DNA of 64,000 bases from an uncultured Pseudomonadales bacterium. Lineage in GTDB: Bacteria; Patescibacteriota; Microgenomatia; UBA1400; UBA1396. The notes beneath the pieces were generated by a model. The model worked only from the letters and a program-made list of their open reading frames with translations. It did not search any database and was not told the origin of the DNA. The first letter of the stretch is position 1, and each line of letters opens with the position of its first letter. Positions 30,379-40,124 of this stretch are shown here, one piece after another. Location of the stretch: the NCBI GenBank assembly GCA_964511175.1, contig CAZEEI010000004.1, forward strand, positions 27,401 to 91,400, read 5' to 3'. The translations under genes were made by a program, and so were the position numbers.

Positions 30379-31656
30379 CTAACGATGGATTAAACCATTT
30401 CCCGGCTTAAGGACGCGTTCTAGTTTACGGAAGTCACGTAGTAAATATTCTTTAGATACTACCAGGTAGGAACCTTGATTCACTTCCGAATCGATAAATT
30501 CCATTTTTACCTCTCTCAGTCTGGGAAATAAAGCAAATAAACACCAAATTGCCAAGGTATTGCGTTCTAGGTAAAGATTCCAAAATAGACTCTTCCAAAC
30601 ATCAAAGTAAGTGAGTGAAAGTTGGGAATTTTCAAAATGATCTTTCGTTAATTTTGAAACTACTACTTTGCGACCGGGATTATGACGTCGTTTTTCACCT
30701 AAATGCCAAAGACCTTGATCGAGTTCGCCTAGACGCATATCAAAAATTAATTGCCAGGTTAATTGTGTCGCATCAGGTGCTAAAACTAAATCTTGGGTAT
30801 AACCAAGTAGGTTAACTTCTAAATGATGATCTTCGATTACTCTTGCCTCCTGGATTTTACGGCTAATGCGATGACGACCCACATCTGTTTTATCAGCAAT
30901 AATCAGTGCTAACGCTTCTGGACCAAAAAAGGTACGTAGGGTGATCAGCACGCGCTCGATAGTCACTTGATCCTGAGAATTATCCTCTAAACTAATGCTT
31001 GGCCAACACTGACGCAGCAAAGCTAAAGCCACTGTCTCATGATGTAGTTCAATAGCACGCCTAATTCGTCGCCATTGAACGGGATCGTGCTTTAATCGCG
31101 GAAACAAGTCTAACAAAATTGAAGGTGAAATAAACGGATGGCGTGGCCGGCTAAAAATATTGCCTAAATCATGACCCCAGGCGGCAATCGTCGTACGGCG
31201 CTGAGTATTAACATCAATCGCTGGCAAACTGTTTGGTGGGGCAGATAGATCCTGATTCCACGAAGGGGTGGCTTGTGCTAATAAAGACTGTGACACTCGA
31301 TCTACATAGCTAATGTGCTGGCGGTCGTGGCGATTGAAACCTAAATCACCCATGCCATCAAGAGAATGGCTAGCTGCTTCATATAAGGGACTTAACCACT
31401 GATCACAAAACTGAGTTATATCTGCCGGTGCTAGATTTAATAAATCTAATTCCGGGAAAGATGGGTAGTGCCATTTACCTTCGGCGGTAAATAAAGAACT
31501 AATTAACGCTGGACCGGCGAGAGTTTCTTCTTGCAGCCAAGTTAGAATATCGGTAAAGTGATCCACACCTTTACTGGGATGATGAACCATTAAAGTCTGT
31601 TCCCGTGCTTGCGCCGGAAAGAGTGTTTTGGCCTGTCGCAATTCCTGATTAAACAT
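30379..31656 (-). CDS. Hypothetical protein, possible HD-type metal-dependent hydrolase
   Basis: 425 aa. His/Asp clusters (WGHDLGN, AIELHHETV). No other motif. Confidence 0.3.
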   Translation of the reverse strand: MFNQELRQAKTLFPAQAREQTLMVHHPSKGVDHFTDILTWLQEETLAGPALISSLFTAEGKWHYPSFPELDLLNLAPADITQFCDQWLSPLYEAASHSLDGMGDLGFNRHDRQHISYVDRVSQSLLAQATPSWNQDLSAPPNSLPAIDVNTQRRTTIAAWGHDLGNIFSRPRHPFISPSILLDLFPRLKHDPVQWRRIRRAIELHHETVALALLRQCWPSISLEDNSQDQVTIERVLITLRTFFGPEALALIIADKTDVGRHRISRKIQEARVIEDHHLEVNLLGYTQDLVLAPDATQLTWQLIFDMRLGELDQGLWHLGEKRRHNPGRKVVVSKLTKDHFENSQLSLTYFDVWKSLFWNLYLERNTLAIWCLFALFPRLREVKMEFIDSEVNQGSYLVVSKEYLLRDFRKLERVLKPGNGLIHR

Positions 31657-31682
31657 TAGTCGGGGTATTATATACCGCCAAA

Positions 31683-33506
31683 CTAGTGGGACGCCGCTTT
31701 TTTGAGATCACGCTTGCGCAAACGCAGGTGTAGAGGAGTTACTTCTAATAACTCATCTTGTGCCAAAAAGTTGAGACACTGTTCCAGGGAAAAAACCACA
31801 GGTGGAGTCATTCTTACTTCGATATCAGCATTGGAACGAACGTTGGTCATTTTTTTGCCGCGGGTAACATTCATAATAATGTCTTCACGTTTAGCGTTTT
31901 GACCGACAATCATACCGGCATATACTTCTGTCCCAGGACCAATAAAGGTGGTACCTCGTTCTTGAGCCTTCTGAAGACCGTAAGAAAGCGCTGTACCAGA
32001 CTCAGCGGCCACCAACACACCGCTGCGTTGCCAGGGAACATCACCACTTTTAGGACGATAACCCAAAAGTAGGGAGTGGATTACGCCTAATCCAGAAGTT
32101 AGCGTCAAAAATTGACTACGATAACCAATTAAGTGGCGGGTGGCAATGATAAATTCAAAACGCACGCCGATTTTCAGCGGGATCATATTTTTAAGTTCCG
32201 AACGACGCTGACCCATGGAAGTGGTCACCGCCCCCACATAAGACTCGGGAACCTCAATGGTCACTAATTCAAAAGGCTCTTCGGTGCCATGCTCCGTCTG
32301 ACGAAAAATCACTTCTGGTCGCGAAACCGAAAACTCATAACCCTCGCGGCGCATGGTTTCAATTAAAATTGACAAGTGCAGTTCGCCTCGTCCTGCCACA
32401 ATAAAAGAATCAGCCATTGGACCAGGACTAACCCGCAAACCAACGTTCGTGGCTAATTCTTTTTGCAGACGTTCGTTAATCTGACGCGAAGTAGTAAATC
32501 GGCCATCCTTGCCAACCAATGGTGAATTAGAAACTGATAACTGTATTTGAACCGTTGGTTCAGTGATATGCAGCGGCGGCAATAACTCAGATTGACCAAG
32601 GGAAGTAATGGTGTCGCCGATGTGCGCTTCACCTAAACCGGTAAGGGCGATGATATCGCCAACACTGGCGGTTTCAATTTCTTGTTTAGTTAAACCGTGA
32701 TAAGTAAATAAGTACTCCACACGACTTTGTTTGGGTTTTTCTCCCGAACGCAAAATTAGCAAAGGTTCGCCGCGCTTAACTTGACCGCGGCGAATCCGGC
32801 CAATAATATATTTACCCTTGTAGTCATCGTGATCCAGACTAGTCACTTGTAACTGAAAACCACCCTCTACAGAACCGGTGGGGGGCGGCACTTCGCGAAC
32901 AATCGTTTCAAAAAGGGGAGTTAAATCGGTGCTATCAGTGATATGAAAAGAATGATCTTCATTTTCCACTAATTTAGTACCAGCTATGCCCTGGCGGCCA
33001 ATCGCGTAGATAACTGGAAAATCGAGCTGATCGGCGTGGGTGGCCAATTCGAGAAAAAGGTCATTAATTTCTTCCAACACTTCCGCTATCCGCTGATCTT
33101 TCCGATCAATTTTATTGATAACGACAATGGGGCGCAGTTTCTGTTGGAGGGCCAGTTGCAAAACATAACGAGTTTGGGATAGCACTCCCTCGGAAGCATC
33201 GACCAACAATAAACAGCCATCGGCCATGTTGAGTACCCGCTCTACCTCACCGGAAAAATCGGCGTGACCGGGAGTATCTAAAATATTAATTTTGTAACCA
33301 TTCCAGTCCACGGCCGTGTTTTTGGCCAAAATGGTCACGCCGCGCTCCCGTTCCAAATCATTAGAGTCCAGAATCGTAGTTTGCTGCATTTCTGCTTGAT
33401 AAGACGCAAAAGTTTGAGCCTGCTTGAGTAGACCATCCACTAGCGTCGTCTTGCCGTGGTCGACGTGCGCAATAATAGCAATGTTTCTTAATTGACTCGT
33501 TAACAT
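31683..33506 (-). CDS. typA: Translational GTPase TypA/BipA
   Basis: NIAIIAHVDHGKTTLVD G1 motif, DTPGH, NKID, and EF-G-like domains III-V. 607 aa. Confidence 0.9.
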   Translation of the reverse strand: MLTSQLRNIAIIAHVDHGKTTLVDGLLKQAQTFASYQAEMQQTTILDSNDLERERGVTILAKNTAVDWNGYKINILDTPGHADFSGEVERVLNMADGCLLLVDASEGVLSQTRYVLQLALQQKLRPIVVINKIDRKDQRIAEVLEEINDLFLELATHADQLDFPVIYAIGRQGIAGTKLVENEDHSFHITDSTDLTPLFETIVREVPPPTGSVEGGFQLQVTSLDHDDYKGKYIIGRIRRGQVKRGEPLLILRSGEKPKQSRVEYLFTYHGLTKQEIETASVGDIIALTGLGEAHIGDTITSLGQSELLPPLHITEPTVQIQLSVSNSPLVGKDGRFTTSRQINERLQKELATNVGLRVSPGPMADSFIVAGRGELHLSILIETMRREGYEFSVSRPEVIFRQTEHGTEEPFELVTIEVPESYVGAVTTSMGQRRSELKNMIPLKIGVRFEFIIATRHLIGYRSQFLTLTSGLGVIHSLLLGYRPKSGDVPWQRSGVLVAAESGTALSYGLQKAQERGTTFIGPGTEVYAGMIVGQNAKREDIIMNVTRGKKMTNVRSNADIEVRMTPPVVFSLEQCLNFLAQDELLEVTPLHLRLRKRDLKKAASH

Positions 33507-33544
33507 ACGAACTTGTTATTATATCCTATGGAACGGCGAAATAC

Positions 33545-36256
33545 TTAGGCAATCGGAGTCCACTGGAAACTCCGACCCAACCACTTGTATAGTTCGATCG
33601 CCCAAAAAACACTTGAAGAAATAACTAGAATCAACAACATTTCTCCCGTTGATAGTTGTACAAAAGAAAAAATATTACGCAGGACAGGCACCATTAATAC
33701 CGCCACCAAAAGTAGCGCCGAAAACAAAAAGGCGCCCACTGCAGCTAGATTACTGAATAAGCCCACTTGGAATAATGATTTTTTCAACGATCGCACGTTA
33801 AAGACATTGAATAATTGTGTCCAGGACAAGATGGCAAAAGCCACTGTTCGGGCCTTGACTAAATCGGTAGACCAGAATAACCAGAAAGCACCCACAGTTA
33901 AACTAACCATAATCACAGCGTTGATTATCAGGAAAGGTAGCATGGACAGAGTCAAAATCTGCTCGTGCGGATCGCGAGGTTGAGCTTGCAAGACATCTTC
34001 GTGCGTAGGTTCTACTGCCAAAGAAATGTCGGTAACACCATCAGTGACCAGGTTTAACCAGAGGATTTGGGTTGGCAGTAAGGGTAGAGGCCAACCTAAA
34101 AAGATAGTCGCTAACATTGCTAAACTTTCGGCGATATTTGTGGTGACTAAAAATAAGGTAGTGCGGCGGACGTTGCGAAACTGAGTACGGCCTTCGGCAA
34201 TAGCACTCACAATGGAGGCAAAGTTGTCATCAGCTAGAACAATCTCGCTGGCCTCGCGAGCCACCTCCGTACCGGTAATGGCCATTGAAACCCCTACATC
34301 GGCTTGTTTTAAAGCCGGAGCATCATTAACGCCATCACCGGTCATCGCCACAATGTGTCCGGCACGTTGCAAAGAGGCGGCAAGGCGTAATTTGACGCGC
34401 GGAGTAAAACGCGCACAGATCACGACTTTTTGAACGGCTTGATCAAAGGCGGCATCATCCAGTGCTTCTAGATCAGCACCATTCACCACCATACCTTCAC
34501 TTTCTTGGGTCAACAAGCCAATTTGGCGGCCAATGGCTATGGCCGTATTGGGATGGTCACCGGTGGCCATAATCACCCGGATACCCGCTTGGCGAGCCTG
34601 TTGGATTGCCGTCAAAACTTCCGGGCGGGGCGGATCAATAATGCCGACCGTACCTAAATAAACTAGATCCCGTACTTCCTTTTGGCTAAGTTGGGTGGTT
34701 TGAGTAGCAGCCGTACGGTAAGCTAGTGCCACTACCCGCATCGCTTGATCGGTCAAACTCTGAACTTGAGTAAGTAGGCTAGCCCTAACCGCAGGAGTGA
34801 GTGCTTTTATTTGACCGTTGACTTCATACTGCTGGCAGATACCTATTACTGCCTCTGGCGCGCCGGAAACCATAATCTCTTTTTGTTCCCGTTCATCACG
34901 ATCCGTTACCAAACAGGCTCGCCAACGTTGTTCCTGCATAAACCCTAGATCATCCAACTGAAGATAGCGCTGGTTAGCTGACGTTAAACCTAAACCTAGA
35001 TGCTGTGCCAACTCCGCTAAAGCTACTTCGGTAGGGTCACCTAAAAGAGTAACCACTCCTTTATCATCTTCCGAAACAAGCAAAGAACTACCAACCGCAG
35101 CGATATTTAGCCAATGGCGATAGGAAGAGTTTTCATGAGAGCTCTGTTCCAACCAATCGAACCAACGAGGGTTGTTTTCGGCAAATATTGGCTCTGCTTC
35201 TGGTGTAGCTACCGCGCGTACCGCCATCTTATTTTGGGTCAAAGTGCCGGTTTTGTCGGTCACGATACTGGTCACCGCTCCTAAAGTTTCAATAGCGGAA
35301 AGCTGACGTACAATCGCGTTATGCTTGGACATTCGCCGCGAACCAATGGCTAGTACTAAAACCAGCACCATCGGCAAACCCTCGGGAATACCGGCCACTA
35401 ACGCTGCCGTAGCAAAAATAAGCATCTCTTCAACCGCAAAGCCGCGCCAAAAAACACCTACCCAAAAAGTGAGTGCGGCCACACTGATGGCAATCGCTGC
35501 CATTTGTTGGGTCAGGCGGTGCATGCGTTTTTCAAAATGTCCGGGTGGCGTCTGGATCCGCGCCAGTTCCCGGGCAATATCGCCCACCGCCGTCTGTAGA
35601 CCGGTACCGCTAATTACCGCTTCGCCGCTGCCGCTAGTAATGAGCGTACCCATCCAGACCATGTTACGTCGGTCGGCCAATCCGGTTGCCTCCGGCAATG
35701 CTGGAGTTTGTTTTTCGGTTGGAAAAGATTCACCCGTTAAGGACGCTTCGGAAGCTTTGAGGTTGTGGGCAAACAAAAGACGAGCGTCGGCGGGTACTTT
35801 GTCACCATTTTCCAATACAATTACGTCGCCAGGTACCAGCTCTTTGGCGGTTACAACGTGGATTTTGTGGTCGCGATAAACTTTGGCTTTGAGAACCAGT
35901 AATTTACTAAGTGCCGCCAGAGCTCGTTCGGCCCGGTACTCTTGGAAAAAACCAATTACAATGTCACTGAGAAAAATAAGCACGATCACCCAAGCATCCA
36001 GCCATTCGCCGAAAAGAATGGACAGGATCGCTGCCACTACCAAGACCAAAGTCATTAAGCTATGAATTTGCCGCCACAAAATAACGAGTGGTCCGGTGTG
36101 TCCATTAGCTGGTAGTTCGTTGGTACCGTAAGTTTCCAGACGGCGACGGGCCTCTTCACTGCTTAAGCCCCGCGGCGTAGTATCCAGTTGAGCCAGTGCC
36201 GCTTCTTCCGAAAGCTGGTGAAAATTAGCCGCCAGGGAAGGGTGATTATTGGGCAT
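33545..36256 (-). CDS. P-type cation-transporting ATPase (P2-type, Ca2+/Mg2+-like)
   Basis: Phosphorylation motif DKTGTLT, hinge TGDGVNDAPALK, and 10 TM helices. 903 aa. Confidence 0.9.
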   Translation of the reverse strand: MPNNHPSLAANFHQLSEEAALAQLDTTPRGLSSEEARRRLETYGTNELPANGHTGPLVILWRQIHSLMTLVLVVAAILSILFGEWLDAWVIVLIFLSDIVIGFFQEYRAERALAALSKLLVLKAKVYRDHKIHVVTAKELVPGDVIVLENGDKVPADARLLFAHNLKASEASLTGESFPTEKQTPALPEATGLADRRNMVWMGTLITSGSGEAVISGTGLQTAVGDIARELARIQTPPGHFEKRMHRLTQQMAAIAISVAALTFWVGVFWRGFAVEEMLIFATAALVAGIPEGLPMVLVLVLAIGSRRMSKHNAIVRQLSAIETLGAVTSIVTDKTGTLTQNKMAVRAVATPEAEPIFAENNPRWFDWLEQSSHENSSYRHWLNIAAVGSSLLVSEDDKGVVTLLGDPTEVALAELAQHLGLGLTSANQRYLQLDDLGFMQEQRWRACLVTDRDEREQKEIMVSGAPEAVIGICQQYEVNGQIKALTPAVRASLLTQVQSLTDQAMRVVALAYRTAATQTTQLSQKEVRDLVYLGTVGIIDPPRPEVLTAIQQARQAGIRVIMATGDHPNTAIAIGRQIGLLTQESEGMVVNGADLEALDDAAFDQAVQKVVICARFTPRVKLRLAASLQRAGHIVAMTGDGVNDAPALKQADVGVSMAITGTEVAREASEIVLADDNFASIVSAIAEGRTQFRNVRRTTLFLVTTNIAESLAMLATIFLGWPLPLLPTQILWLNLVTDGVTDISLAVEPTHEDVLQAQPRDPHEQILTLSMLPFLIINAVIMVSLTVGAFWLFWSTDLVKARTVAFAILSWTQLFNVFNVRSLKKSLFQVGLFSNLAAVGAFLFSALLLVAVLMVPVLRNIFSFVQLSTGEMLLILVISSSVFWAIELYKWLGRSFQWTPIA

Positions 36257-36295
36257 GCCTATCCATTGTACACGTCGAGTGGGTAGAGTGTTAAC

Positions 36296-37102
36296 CTAGC
36301 GAGTTGACGTCTGTTTCGACAAATTATTGGCGATAGTTTGGGCTTCAGCCGAGTGAGCCAGCTCCCATAAAGCCGCCGCCAATTGTCCAAGAAACACAGT
36401 TCGCGCTTTTTTATTCTCGATGGTATTACCAAGTTCAGCGGGTGGGTCAAGCGGTTCGCCGGCTCGAATCATGATATCGACTCGTCGACCACCGCCGGAT
36501 AAACGATGTAAAAAATTGTGCCAAGCGTCAGGCACCTGGTTCAGCCGGCTGGGTTGGTAATCTGCTGGATAAATGAAACCTAGAGGTATAACGGGTACTT
36601 GCAGTTGTTGGGCGTGTTTAGCAATTCCTGGTTTTATCGCCTTGAGACCCGGTGTTGTAAATTCCTCCCATGACTGGGCGGCACCCACCCGGGAACCGGT
36701 TACATACCAGTTAACTTTATCGCCACGTCGCAAAGCGGCCTCAACCATTGCCAGCTCGCGATTGCGGTCGGTGCGCCCCACACCACCTTCTTCCTTGTCG
36801 CTGCGCAAAAGAGGGATGGTGCTAACAATAGCGGAAACACCCAACTGTCTTACTTTATCGGTATGAAACCAATGGTCGGCGCCACCCATCACCGATAGAC
36901 GCCGAACTACTTCATGTAACACCAGTGAATCAGCGTGCTGGCGATGGGGATAAGAACCAAGTAGCGCCGGGTAATCCGGCAGGTTACCTTCTAATTCGAC
37001 GTGGTAATTAGCCAGGCAGGTCAACAACCGACATAGTACGGGCTGACTCACCCAACGAATCGGAGCCGGCAAAGCAAGAACCTCATGGCGATTTCTGGGC
37101 AT
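36296..37102 (-). CDS. Hypothetical protein, possibly a PlsC-like acyltransferase
   Basis: 268 aa. HRQHAD resembles the H(x4)D acyltransferase motif. This is weak. Confidence 0.3.
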   Translation of the reverse strand: MPRNRHEVLALPAPIRWVSQPVLCRLLTCLANYHVELEGNLPDYPALLGSYPHRQHADSLVLHEVVRRLSVMGGADHWFHTDKVRQLGVSAIVSTIPLLRSDKEEGGVGRTDRNRELAMVEAALRRGDKVNWYVTGSRVGAAQSWEEFTTPGLKAIKPGIAKHAQQLQVPVIPLGFIYPADYQPSRLNQVPDAWHNFLHRLSGGGRRVDIMIRAGEPLDPPAELGNTIENKKARTVFLGQLAAALWELAHSAEAQTIANNLSKQTSTR

Positions 37103-37143
37103 GCGGATTTAGTTGTAGCACGCTGCCTCGGCTAAAGTAAATA

Positions 37144-37638
37144 TCAAATAACTTCTATCTTAAGCTGTCTGGCTTCTTCGATCAGATATTCCTGAATTAT
37201 TCGCGCCGAATGAAACTCATCACTGTTGAAATCAAATAGTTTTTCCCGATGATGCAAAAATTGTTGGCGGTGTTTCTGTTCATCTTTGGCAGTTAATAAA
37301 ATAGTCCTGCCGAATTTAGTCACCAACCGCGGATCTAAAAAAGCACCTTCGATAATCGCATTATCATGCTCTTTAATTTCTGCCTCCACCGCCTCGCTTA
37401 ACGCTTGACGAACCGCCAATAAACCTTTGATAGCATTTTCTTTATTCAATTCACCAAACTGCCGATAGGCTAAACAAGTGCCCAAATAAAGAAAAGGATA
37501 ATCTTTCTTTGGTTTATTTTTCCGAGCTATTATTTTAACTTTATCCGCTTCCCGAACCGTCAAGCTCAGCTCTTTCCCCAGAATTTTCGCGTAATGGGTC
37601 TTACCCACTCCGGGTACGCCGTAAATAAATATTCTCAT
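37144..37638 (-). CDS. P-loop NTPase / small nucleoside(-monophosphate) kinase-like
   Basis: Walker A at the N-terminus: MRIFIYGVPGVGKTHYAK. Confidence 0.5.
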   Translation of the reverse strand: MRIFIYGVPGVGKTHYAKILGKELSLTVREADKVKIIARKNKPKKDYPFLYLGTCLAYRQFGELNKENAIKGLLAVRQALSEAVEAEIKEHDNAIIEGAFLDPRLVTKFGRTILLTAKDEQKHRQQFLHHREKLFDFNSDEFHSARIIQEYLIEEARQLKIEVI

Positions 37639-37686
37639 TCAATCCAAGGATTGTACCAAATTTTTTTAGTGTGGTCCTACAAAATG

Positions 37687-37759
37687 AGCGGAAAACGGGA
37701 CTCGGACCCGCGACCTTCTCCTTGGCAAGGAGACGCTCTACCAACTGAGCTATTTCCGC
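37687..37759 (-). tRNA. tRNA-Gly (anticodon GCC)
   Basis: The reverse complement reads GCGGAAA-TA-GCTC-AGTTGGTA-GAGC-G-TCTCC-TTGCCAA-GGAGA-AGGTC-GCGGG-TCCGAGT-CCCGT-TTTCCGC-T. Confidence 0.85.
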
Positions 37760-37785
37760 AAGTTAGACATATTTTACTACGACTG

Positions 37786-37858
37786 TGGCAAGCTCAGGAA
37801 TCGAACCTGAATTTCATGTTCTTCAGACATGCGCCGTGACCAACTTGGCTAGCTTGCC
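37786..37858 (-). tRNA. tRNA-Phe (anticodon GAA)
   Basis: The reverse complement reads GGCAAGC-TA-GCC-AAGTTGGTCAC-GGC-G-CATGT-CTGAAGA-ACATG-AAATT-TCAGG-TTCGATT-CCTGA-GCTTGCC-A. Confidence 0.85.
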
Positions 37859-37915
37859 CCGTTTGAACCACTATTGTACCGCACGAGGTCAAATCGAACC
37901 AGAGATACATAATAA

Positions 37916-38773
37916 CTACGGATTCCCAGTCGACAATAGCAACTGATGAAGAGATTCGGCCATAATATCTCGGGATTGAACTGTTAAATGAAAAATTAGG
38001 GTATGACTACGTTGATCATTGTAATAACCTTTAAAATGTTTAGTTTTGAGCTCATGATCTCCGCGCCAATAACTAAGCAAGAATTGAATTGTTTGATCCC
38101 ACTGCGTTCGATCAGATTGTGCCAATTGCCGCAAACCAGCTAGCATAATCCGGCGATTACGTTCATTCACTGCAACTGGGAATGATGGTAAAAAGTACCA
38201 AAGCAGACGCCTCGCATTAAGCGATTTTTTAGCCAAATTAACAACCTCGTCAGAGTCACGTAAATTGAGAGCATTAACTTGATATGGATCATAAAAGTTA
38301 CAACTTCTAAGATTATCTAAACCATACTTTCTGCCAATTTGCGGAATAAGCATATAACCACGTTGTACTAAACTATCCAAAATTGGCTTATTTACCATCA
38401 AGCTAGGGTTATAATCGCCCAATATTCCCCAATCCAAATCGGTATCCTCATCATAATCCTGGAGACGGCGCAGTTCGGCACCACCGTGGACAGCGCTTCC
38501 AATTAAAATAACTGCCAGATTGCTAACTTGTGGAAACTCATGCTGTAGCTGTTGACCTAATTCGGTTGCCACCTGGGCATGTCTTGGTTCCACTACTACT
38601 TCCGAAAGCAAGAGATTTTCGACAAACTTAACTAATTCACCCTTCTTCTGCACGGCGCGAATAGCCTCTTTCACCTCCTTAAGACCAGCGCCAGCCCTAA
38701 GCTTTTCGGCTGCTTCTGTGCGGGCAAGTACACGAATAATCTGTTGTTGCCATTCTTCTGCTGGGGTCATCAA
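37916..38773 (-). CDS. Pol-beta-superfamily nucleotidyltransferase-like protein
   Basis: ...ILIGSAVHGGAELRRLQDYDEDTDLDWGI... fits the hG[GS]...[DE]h[DE]h NTase pattern. 285 aa. Confidence 0.4.
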   Translation of the reverse strand: MMTPAEEWQQQIIRVLARTEAAEKLRAGAGLKEVKEAIRAVQKKGELVKFVENLLLSEVVVEPRHAQVATELGQQLQHEFPQVSNLAVILIGSAVHGGAELRRLQDYDEDTDLDWGILGDYNPSLMVNKPILDSLVQRGYMLIPQIGRKYGLDNLRSCNFYDPYQVNALNLRDSDEVVNLAKKSLNARRLLWYFLPSFPVAVNERNRRIMLAGLRQLAQSDRTQWDQTIQFLLSYWRGDHELKTKHFKGYYNDQRSHTLIFHLTVQSRDIMAESLHQLLLSTGNP

Positions 38774-38828
38774 AATACTTTATAACATATTTTCATCACA
38801 AATTGGAGAAACACCGCTTACCAGTTGC

Positions 38829-39353
38829 CTAACGTATGGCACTAATCATTACCCGCTGGACATCGGCTCGGTAGGGAAGTAGTGAGCGCTGGGCAATAAC
38901 CAACCGCGCGCCGTGTTCTACGTGATGTTGATCGGCAGCAAGTAATGCGTGTAAAAAAAGGCCAGTTGGTTCGCCGCGTTCTTGAGAAGTAGTTAATCTT
39001 GGCAGGTGTTTTTCATGCAATATGAAGTGAGCTGATGAGTCGGCAGCAATCATTGCTTGTAAATCAGTGATGTTTTTAGCAAGTCTATTCAAAGTAAAGG
39101 CAACTACCACAATGTTTCCCGGTCTTAATATTTCCTCTTCCTCTAAGGCTCGCAACTGACAATTAAGTGCTGCAATAAAAGCATTAATATTTATTTTGGG
39201 GCTATGGTGACCCCATTGTTCCCAACCGATAATAGGCTGTGGTTGAGTGGATAGCCAATGACGCATTTGCCGCTGTTGGGTAAAGCCAAACAAGGTCTCT
39301 GATTCTTTGAATTTTGCGGTGCAATTTGGCATAACCAGCCAAAAGCATAACAC
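38829..39353 (-). CDS. Hypothetical protein
   Basis: 174-aa ORF ending 5 nt from tRNA-Val. No motif. The start is uncertain. Confidence 0.25.
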   Translation of the reverse strand: MLCFWLVMPNCTAKFKESETLFGFTQQRQMRHWLSTQPQPIIGWEQWGHHSPKININAFIAALNCQLRALEEEEILRPGNIVVVAFTLNRLAKNITDLQAMIAADSSAHFILHEKHLPRLTTSQERGEPTGLFLHALLAADQHHVEHGARLVIAQRSLLPYRADVQRVMISAIR

Positions 39354-39357
39354 AAAG

Positions 39358-39430
39358 TGGCCGCTGAGGGACTCGAACCCCCGACCTGCCGGATGTAAAC
39401 CGGACGCTCTACCAACTGAGCTAAGCGGCC
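39358..39430 (-). tRNA. tRNA-Val (anticodon TAC)
   Basis: The reverse complement reads GGCCGCT-TA-GCTC-AGTTGGTA-GAGC-G-TCCGG-TTTACAT-CCGGC-AGGTC-GGGGG-TTCGAGT-CCCTC-AGCGGCC-A. Confidence 0.85.
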
Positions 39431-39521
39431 CTGCTTAGGAGCCCCCGAATTATAACATTTTAACCCGAAAATCGAGCTGCTAATTCTGGACAAAACACCT
39501 ATTTTCTGGTAAAAAGTAGGC

Positions 39522-39983
39522 ATGCCCCTCACCAGTGATGACCTGCAACAGATCGGCTTGATTGTCACTCAGGCGATTAAACCCCTGCAGACAGATGTCG
39601 TTGGTATTAAAGCCGATTTATCCGAAATAAGATCCGATGTTACCGCCCTTAAAGCTGATGTTTCCGGCTTAAAAAAGGACGTTTTTGGCTTAAAGAAGGA
39701 TGTTTTAACTTTAACAACCAACGTATCCATACTAAAAGCCGATGTGGCTGGGCTAAAAACTGATGTATCCGTGCTTAAAGCCGATGTGGCTGGGTTGAAA
39801 TCCGATGTATCTGTGCTTAAAGCCGATGTGGCCGGATTGAAGCAGGGGCAGAAAAAATTAACTTTGGAGGTTCGGTATCTCCGCAAATCAGTTAATCTGG
39901 TTATCGACGAATTCGACCGCCGCAATATCGCCCTAGATAAACGTGTTGTCCGCATTGAGCATCATTTAGGTCTTACCAGTTAG
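39522..39983 (+). CDS. Heptad-repeat coiled-coil protein with 11 x 'DVxxLKx' repeats (Lpp-like repeat, no signal peptide)
   Basis: 153 aa. The central region is DVTALKA DVSGLKK DVFGLKK DVLTLTT NVSILKA DVAGLKT DVSVLKA DVAGLKS DVSVLKA DVAGLKQ. Confidence 0.5.
   Translation: MPLTSDDLQQIGLIVTQAIKPLQTDVVGIKADLSEIRSDVTALKADVSGLKKDVFGLKKDVLTLTTNVSILKADVAGLKTDVSVLKADVAGLKSDVSVLKADVAGLKQGQKKLTLEVRYLRKSVNLVIDEFDRRNIALDKRVVRIEHHLGLTS
39591..39845 (+). repeat. Tandem 21-bp (42-bp super-unit) DNA repeats encoding the heptad array
   Basis: Near-identical units gtgcttaaagccgatgtggctgggttgaaatccgatgtatct repeat inside the ORF. Confidence 0.6.
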
Positions 39984-39990
39984 AATCGAG

Positions 39991-40075
39991 TGCCGAGAAG
40001 AGGAGTTGAACCTCCACGGGAGAAAATTCCCACACGCCCCTCAAGCGTGCGCGTCTACCATTCCGCCATCCCGGC
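39991..40075 (-). tRNA. tRNA-Leu (anticodon GAG), long variable arm
   Basis: The reverse complement reads GCCGGGA-TG-GCGGAATGGTAGACGC-G-CACGC-TTGAGGG-GCGTG-(long variable arm)-GGAGG-TTCAACT-CCTCT-TCTCGGC-A. Confidence 0.8.
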
Positions 40076-40124
40076 CCATCCTAGTTTATGCTAGGCTGTA
40101 AGTATATCATTACCAGAGATAATT

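Noticed and set aside
37594-37839. 81-aa ORF overlapping the tRNA-Gly/tRNA-Phe pair
   Set aside because: It overlaps two well-formed tRNA genes. No RBS or conservation signal.
39191-39568. 125-aa minus-strand ORF overlapping tRNA-Val
   Set aside because: It reads through the tRNA (…RLAQLVERPVYIRQVGGSSPSAAT…). It is an artefact.
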